DNA of 64,000 nucleotides from Desulfatiglandales bacterium (GTDB lineage: Bacteria > Desulfobacterota > DSM-4660 > Desulfatiglandales > HGW-15), in the NCBI GenBank assembly GCA_963667015.2, contig CAXXJJ010000001.1:832001-896000 (forward strand), written 5' to 3'. This document shows, piece after piece, positions 58,345 through 64,000 of the stretch. Numbering within the stretch: position 1 is the stretch's first letter; each line of letters starts with the position of its first letter. The position numbers and the translations under genes were made by a program. Below the pieces are notes generated by a model. That model saw only the letters and a program-made list of their open reading frames with translations, made no database searches and was not told the origin of the DNA.

Positions 58345-59586
58345 ATGACTCTTGCCGGAGGGACAGTTCTTGTTCAAGCTCTCGGAGTAATCTCTTCACC
58401 TATCTTAACACGTATATACACCACAGATGAATTTGGCCTTCTCGCCGTTTTTGCGTCGGTTCTTGCCCTGGCATCAAGTATCCTGTCTTTTAAATATGAG
58501 TATGCTATTCCTCTTCCTGATTGCAAGAAAGAGGTAATCAATTTAGTTATCCTTTGCATTACTCTTGTGATTATTACAAGCTCCATATTTGCAATAATTT
58601 CTTACTTCTTTTATGACGAATTATTACAGCTTAAAAAGATCCGCTTGATTGGTAAATATATCTGGCTTTTACCTGTTGGTTTTTTATTTACGGGTTTTTA
58701 TAATGTTTTCAATCTATGGGCTGTGCGGGAAAGAATTTATCCTACTATTGCACGAACAAAAATATCCCAGGGTGTAACCAGTTTATCAACTCAATTAGGG
58801 TTAGGGCTTTTAAAATTTGGCCCCTTAGGATTGCTGTTTGGACAAGTTTTAGGGCAAAGTGCAGGGGTCGGTACGCTTGTCAGAAAATTCTGGAGTAAAA
58901 ATAAGGCTGATCTTAGTTCTGTATCATTTCTTACAATTCGTCATGTGGCATACCGCTATAAAAGCTTTCCTCTCTACCAAAGCATTGCTTCTTTAATGAT
59001 TAGTGCAGGGTCTCAAGTTCCTTCATTATTATTGGCGGCTTATTACGGTGTGGAGATAGCTGGGTTGTATTTTCTTACCCAGAAGGTGCTTGCCGTTCCT
59101 ATAAGCTTGATAGGTACTTCTGTTTCAAAAGTGTTTTGGGGAGAAGCTGCACGCTTGACTAATGAACCTAAAAAACTTCAGAGATTATATAAATCATTAA
59201 ACAAGAGACTGTTATTATATGCTTTTCCTCCAACAATATTTTTAGTGATAGGTGGACAATGGATTTTTAAATTTGTTTTTGGCCCGGAATGGATACAAAG
59301 TGGTTTATTTATTCAGGTGATGGCTTTTCAGTTTTTACTTAAATTTACAACGGACTCAGCTATAAGTTTTTTTATTATAAATAGGCAGGATATATCATTT
59401 TCATGGGCATTGTTGCGCCTTTTTCTTGCTGTATTCAGCATCATGGCTGCAGTATGGTATGGTTTACCAGCATTCTGGGCAGTCGTATTCATGTCTGCTG
59501 CGATGTCAATTTCTTATATAGTCAAGTATTGCTTATGGGGCTTTGCTATAAAGCAAATGATCATTAATCATAAAAAAGCAAAATAA
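58345..59586 (+). CDS. wzx: O-antigen flippase
   Basis: PILTRIY..DEFG and YEYAIPLP motifs; many TM helices. Confidence 0.85.
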   Translation: MTLAGGTVLVQALGVISSPILTRIYTTDEFGLLAVFASVLALASSILSFKYEYAIPLPDCKKEVINLVILCITLVIITSSIFAIISYFFYDELLQLKKIRLIGKYIWLLPVGFLFTGFYNVFNLWAVRERIYPTIARTKISQGVTSLSTQLGLGLLKFGPLGLLFGQVLGQSAGVGTLVRKFWSKNKADLSSVSFLTIRHVAYRYKSFPLYQSIASLMISAGSQVPSLLLAAYYGVEIAGLYFLTQKVLAVPISLIGTSVSKVFWGEAARLTNEPKKLQRLYKSLNKRLLLYAFPPTIFLVIGGQWIFKFVFGPEWIQSGLFIQVMAFQFLLKFTTDSAISFFIINRQDISFSWALLRLFLAVFSIMAAVWYGLPAFWAVVFMSAAMSISYIVKYCLWGFAIKQMIINHKKAK

Positions 59587-59654
59587 ATGTCAACATCAAG
59601 TAAATACCTGGATGGTTCATTCAGTATATTGCTACTATTTTAGAACGGTTTTTT

Positions 59655-61058
59655 ATGGCACTAACTATTAAGGTTCCTTTCTCCTATCCAAAAGAACGGG
59701 CGTATATTATAGATGTTTTATTTGGAAAATTTCTGGGGCTTGACTATCGAATAAAAACAGAAGATCGTTCAAATATATTGATATCGTTGGATGGTGTTAA
59801 GAGCATTATTCTTCCTGATATATTATTTAAATGCCCTGAAGAGAAATGGTTAACCTTAGATTCGTTACCCGAACAACCTTTGCATATTTGGGATGCTCAT
59901 TCATTGGGTTTAAATTGCCGTTTAACCTCCTATCAAATTCCAATTATCTATGGGTACCATAATGAAAAATCATCCCCTTTTTTAAAGATAAAAGATACTG
60001 GAAGTATAAAACTTCCTATTGATATCTTAGGGTCGGCTTTTTTTATGCTTACACGATATGAAGAGATCGCGAATAGAAAACGAGATAGTTATAATCGTTT
60101 TCAAGCACAATCGTCAATTGCGTATCAAGAAGGGTTTCTTGATCGTCCAATTGTAAATGAATATCTTGAAATATTGTGGTCATGTTTGTCACATTTATGG
60201 CAGGGCTTAAAGCGTGTACCACGTAAATATAACCTGTTTCTTTCTCATGATGTTGACATCCCTCTAATATCAAATAAAGCGACATTCTCTCAATACATTA
60301 AGGGGTGTGTTGGTGATCTTATTAAACGGAAATCCTTTTCTCTTGCTAAAAAAAGATTAATTGCGCGCATTGATAGTAAACATGGTAAGTATGACAGAGA
60401 CCCTTTTAATACTTTTGAATTTATGATGAATATTTCTGAAAGAAAAGGAGTCAAAAGTACTTTTAACTTTATGTGCGTAGTTGAAGATCTAGAAATAAAG
60501 CTGAGATACGATCTTGAAAATCAGTGGATTCAAAACTTAATATCTACAATTAATTTGCGTGGGCACAAAATAGGCTTTCACCCCAATTTAAATACATATA
60601 AGAATATTAAAAAGACTAGCGCAGAGTTTACAAAATTACATAGTATGTGCCTTAAACTTGGTATTTCCCAAAAAAAGTGGGGAGGGAGGCAACATCGGCT
60701 CCAATGGGAAAATCCGGTAACTTGGCAGATATGGAATGACCTAGGTTTAGATTATGACTCAACATTGACATTTGCTGAGAAACCGGGTTTTCGTTGCGGT
60801 GTTTGTTATGAGTATCCTGTTTTTAACTTATTAAAGCGTGATAGATTAAAATTAAATGAACGACCGCTTATTGTTATGGAAGGTAGTTTGTTTTCATACA
60901 TGAAAGTCAACTTAACGACTGCTTATAACTTAATCTTAGCCTTATCTCAAAAATGTAAAATGTTCGATGGTGATTTTTCCTTTCTTTGTCACAATAGTCA
61001 ATTACTATCACCTAAACAACAAAGTTGGTACAAGCGGGTAATGGATCAGATTATTTGA
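59655..61058 (+). CDS. Polysaccharide deacetylase-family protein
   Basis: FFMLTRYEE, LSHDVD, IGFH, GGRQH, YDSTL and GFRCG motifs. Confidence 0.8.
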   Translation: MALTIKVPFSYPKERAYIIDVLFGKFLGLDYRIKTEDRSNILISLDGVKSIILPDILFKCPEEKWLTLDSLPEQPLHIWDAHSLGLNCRLTSYQIPIIYGYHNEKSSPFLKIKDTGSIKLPIDILGSAFFMLTRYEEIANRKRDSYNRFQAQSSIAYQEGFLDRPIVNEYLEILWSCLSHLWQGLKRVPRKYNLFLSHDVDIPLISNKATFSQYIKGCVGDLIKRKSFSLAKKRLIARIDSKHGKYDRDPFNTFEFMMNISERKGVKSTFNFMCVVEDLEIKLRYDLENQWIQNLISTINLRGHKIGFHPNLNTYKNIKKTSAEFTKLHSMCLKLGISQKKWGGRQHRLQWENPVTWQIWNDLGLDYDSTLTFAEKPGFRCGVCYEYPVFNLLKRDRLKLNERPLIVMEGSLFSYMKVNLTTAYNLILALSQKCKMFDGDFSFLCHNSQLLSPKQQSWYKRVMDQII

Positions 61059-61100
61059 TAAATTCAAACAATAGACACTACGAAGGAGTGTGCTCATCTG

Positions 61101-62303
61101 ATGAATAAAAAATACAAATTTGCTTATATAACAGAAGTTGATATTTCAATTGATAATGGCCCAGGTATTAATGAAAGAGGGTTTGTTAATGAATTACTAA
61201 ACAGTTATGATACTGACGTATTGTGTGTACTGCCCTATCCCGCCTTTCCAGAAATTTATTATGATGAAAGGATAGAGTATGTTTTTAATCATAAAAAATT
61301 TAATCCCTTTTTTTACGTTATTTATAATGTGGTTTTATTTTTTAAGATGGCAAAATTATGCAAAAAAAATACTTTTAATGCCGTGATATTTAGATTAGGG
61401 GTAATACCTTTTATTCCTTTTCTTGTTCACTACTTTTTTAAAATGCCTGTTATGTTGAAAACATTGGCTGGTTATACAATGTTTTCAAATATTGCCGGTG
61501 GTAAATACAGTCTAATAGCAAAAATAGCTTTTCCCTTTTATAAATATATTATCAACAGAGCCCTTTTTGCGGATACTGTAAGCCTTCCGTATATTGAATG
61601 GTTAAATGAAAAATTTGGGATATCAAAGGAAAGGATGGAACTCATACCAAACGGTACAAATATAGAAATGTTTATACCTCAGGAGAAGAAGTTGTATAGG
61701 GATGAGTTTGGGGTAGATAAATTCGACTACATAATAGGCTATGTCGGTGCACTTGATACAATTCGACATATCGACCTTCTCATTAAAGCATTAAAAAAAA
61801 TTCAGACAAATATGAAAGTTGGTCTTGTTCTTGTCGGAAAAGGGAAAGATCAGAAATTACTTGAAATACTTGCAGATGAGCTGGACCTAAGAGAAAAAAT
61901 CGTGTTCACTGGTTTTGTTCCTTTTTCCGAAATACCTAAAATAATGAGCACTTTTGATATTGCAGTTGATATAACAAAAGTGCCTATGAAAATTAATGGG
62001 AAGACTATTGATGCGTCATATTCACAAAAGATCCCTCAATATTTGTCCTGCGGACGTCCGGTAGTTGCATGGGAAGTAGATGATAATAAATTTTTAGAAG
62101 AAGAAGACATAGGAAGGCTTGTGAAAAATTGTAAAGATGTCACAGATGGAGAATTAGCTAATGCTATACAGTATCTACTTAACTTAGATGATGATGAAAG
62201 AAGTAAGATGGAGATAAAATCAAGAAGGTATGCTGAATCATATCTTTCTATCCAAAGCCTTACAAAAAAACGAATTAGCATTTGGAATTCTTCTGTTAAA
62301 TGA
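61101..62303 (+). CDS. GT4 glycosyltransferase
   Basis: IPNG, IGYVG, FTGFVP and K..QYLSCGRPVV motifs. Confidence 0.88.
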   Translation: MNKKYKFAYITEVDISIDNGPGINERGFVNELLNSYDTDVLCVLPYPAFPEIYYDERIEYVFNHKKFNPFFYVIYNVVLFFKMAKLCKKNTFNAVIFRLGVIPFIPFLVHYFFKMPVMLKTLAGYTMFSNIAGGKYSLIAKIAFPFYKYIINRALFADTVSLPYIEWLNEKFGISKERMELIPNGTNIEMFIPQEKKLYRDEFGVDKFDYIIGYVGALDTIRHIDLLIKALKKIQTNMKVGLVLVGKGKDQKLLEILADELDLREKIVFTGFVPFSEIPKIMSTFDIAVDITKVPMKINGKTIDASYSQKIPQYLSCGRPVVAWEVDDNKFLEEEDIGRLVKNCKDVTDGELANAIQYLLNLDDDERSKMEIKSRRYAESYLSIQSLTKKRISIWNSSVK

Positions 62304-62355
62304 AAATGAACGATTTTCTTTTTTTACACCAATCCTGGAAAATAAATCTAGCTCA

Positions 62356-63735
62356 ATGACTATAGTAATCAGCATATTATTGTCGTTTATTTGTATTGTA
62401 TTGTTTTTAAGGATTTGGAGGATGGATAGTAATTATTCTATTATATTGACTCCAATTATGTTGTTGATGATTAACGAATTTGTCCGTGTTGCACCAGGTT
62501 TTATTTATGGTGCTGTCAGTGGAATATCAAAGGATCATTATCCTTTACTAGTTTTTTTTGCTGGTTTTATTGCTTTATTGACTGGATTTGTATTTTCTGC
62601 AGGATATTTGAAATCTAGCACTTCTACTCCTGTTAACTTTCAACAAAAAAAAATATCTATTAAGAGTGAGCAAGAAATATTTCTGGCAATATTAGCGGGC
62701 TCACTGCTACTCATTTTAGCTGGTCTTTATCTATTTCAAGGTGTCCCATCAGTGACGCGTGCGTTGTTGGGATTAGTCTTAGGGGATGATGGAGGACAAA
62801 TTTCGCAGTATATCTCTTTAAGTAGGATGGAGGTAACAAAGGGGCATTATTTTGGCGGAGCGTATCGTGGACAGGGAATAATAACCGTATTATCCAAAAT
62901 AGGTTGGCCTTTTTTAAGTTCAATGGCTTTGGTTGTTTTCTTAAAAACCCGAAAGTATAAGTGGTTGTTACTTTTTTGCCTATTATTTCTTTTATGTTTT
63001 ATATTTGTCGCAGGAAACGGAACTCGCGGGCCGTTTATGAATACAATAATAATTTATATTATTCTTTATTCATTTACCCGTAGGATAAGCATTAAGTTTG
63101 TTTGTGTTGCCTTTCTTTCTATTCTTTTATTAGGAATACTTTTAAGCTCATACAGCAATAAGATGCACTCCATGCTGAATTCAGGTAATGTAATCGTAGC
63201 TGCAACCACAAGTATATTAGACCGAATACTACTCGGAAACGCAATGAACGATGTAGCCGCTATCGGTTTTGTAAGAGATGGGAGTATTGAACTGAGGATG
63301 GGAGCAATTCATATGAGGGATATACAAGCTGCGCTCCCCGGTGCATCAGGTGGGCTTCCGTTTTCCAATGAATTAGCTCAACTCCTTAACCCAGGAAGAG
63401 TTGTAACAACTTTTGCCACAGGTACTTATATCACAAAACCATATGTAGATTTTGGAATAATTGGTGTTGGGTTGATTTTTCTTTTGCTCGGCATATTGGC
63501 GGGGATAAGTCAGAAATTTATCTTTACAAAAATTAGGAAAGATCCAATTCACTTAACTATGGCTGCTATGCTTACTTACTATACAGGTATCATGGTTATG
63601 ACTTCGCTTATGAGCATCACTAGTTCTCTTATTATTTTAATGTCTTTTTATATATTTATTCAAATTGTGCTAAAGTTTTATCGAACAATAATACGAAAAC
63701 CGTATCATTATAGACTTTCTAAACAAGTTTTATAG
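62356..63735 (+). CDS. wzy: Probable O-antigen polymerase
   Basis: Multi-TM protein with GTRG motif, large periplasmic loop and YVDFGIIG; O-antigen cluster context. Confidence 0.7.
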   Translation: MTIVISILLSFICIVLFLRIWRMDSNYSIILTPIMLLMINEFVRVAPGFIYGAVSGISKDHYPLLVFFAGFIALLTGFVFSAGYLKSSTSTPVNFQQKKISIKSEQEIFLAILAGSLLLILAGLYLFQGVPSVTRALLGLVLGDDGGQISQYISLSRMEVTKGHYFGGAYRGQGIITVLSKIGWPFLSSMALVVFLKTRKYKWLLLFCLLFLLCFIFVAGNGTRGPFMNTIIIYIILYSFTRRISIKFVCVAFLSILLLGILLSSYSNKMHSMLNSGNVIVAATTSILDRILLGNAMNDVAAIGFVRDGSIELRMGAIHMRDIQAALPGASGGLPFSNELAQLLNPGRVVTTFATGTYITKPYVDFGIIGVGLIFLLLGILAGISQKFIFTKIRKDPIHLTMAAMLTYYTGIMVMTSLMSITSSLIILMSFYIFIQIVLKFYRTIIRKPYHYRLSKQVL

Positions 63736-63766
63736 TTGTTAAATTGATGGTATTTATAAGTAAAAA

Positions 63767-64000
63767 TTGCGAAAAATATTTAATAAAATAGAAAATCTAT
63801 TCACTGCTCGACTGTATTATCTCAGTATAATTGCAACAATATTTTCAATTATTATAATATCATTGTTTTGTGCTGATTTTTTCACGGAAGAAAGCAGAGA
63901 TAAAAATCTTATTTCTGGCAATTCCCAAAATGTGAATACTCCTTTCTCTGCTTCGAATAATGAAGGCGTCCTTTTCCAAGAAAAAGGTACTTATGCCTTT
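63767..64000 (+). CDS. 5' part of a membrane-anchored protein, cut by the window edge
   Basis: Open frame from TTG 63767 to the window end, with an N-terminal hydrophobic helix. Confidence 0.5.
   Translation, partial: MRKIFNKIENLFTARLYYLSIIATIFSIIIISLFCADFFTEESRDKNLISGNSQNVNTPFSASNNEGVLFQEKGTYAF

Overview
Bacterial chromosomal window. The rnc-radical SAM-era order, the sigma-54 two-component system and the repeat families suggest a Desulfobacterota-like organism, but this is inference. Four blocks are visible. (1) 1-8.2 kb: accessory genes, a HigBA pair and a complete IS21 element (5462-8038, 5-bp target duplication) inserted into a REP-like palindrome. (2) 8.2-22.8 kb: an AT-rich defence island centred on an SspB-SspC-SspD single-strand DNA phosphorothioation cassette. 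Instead of sspE or sspFGH, the operon continues with a ParB-type CTPase, a ParB-like HTH protein, a DUF6602/NucC-like nuclease and an 821-aa GHKL ATPase. This is the best candidate for an undescribed system. (3) 23-30.5 kb: an array of toxin-antitoxin/RNase modules, one per interval between co-oriented AGGCTG-based composite repeats, with nested miniature elements and toxin-selective pseudogenisation. (4) 30.5-64 kb: core genes (kinase/NtrC regulator followed by a probable sigma-54 sRNA, era, rnc, pyrR) and a long LPS/O-antigen region (ADP-heptose genes, a diacetamido-mannuronate pathway, a MaoC-CitE-AAC(3) acylation trio, wzx, wzy), interrupted at 44-47 kb by another palindrome-delimited TA/GxxExxY cluster. 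No rRNA, tRNA or CRISPR array was recognised. All family calls come from motif recognition by eye, not database searches.
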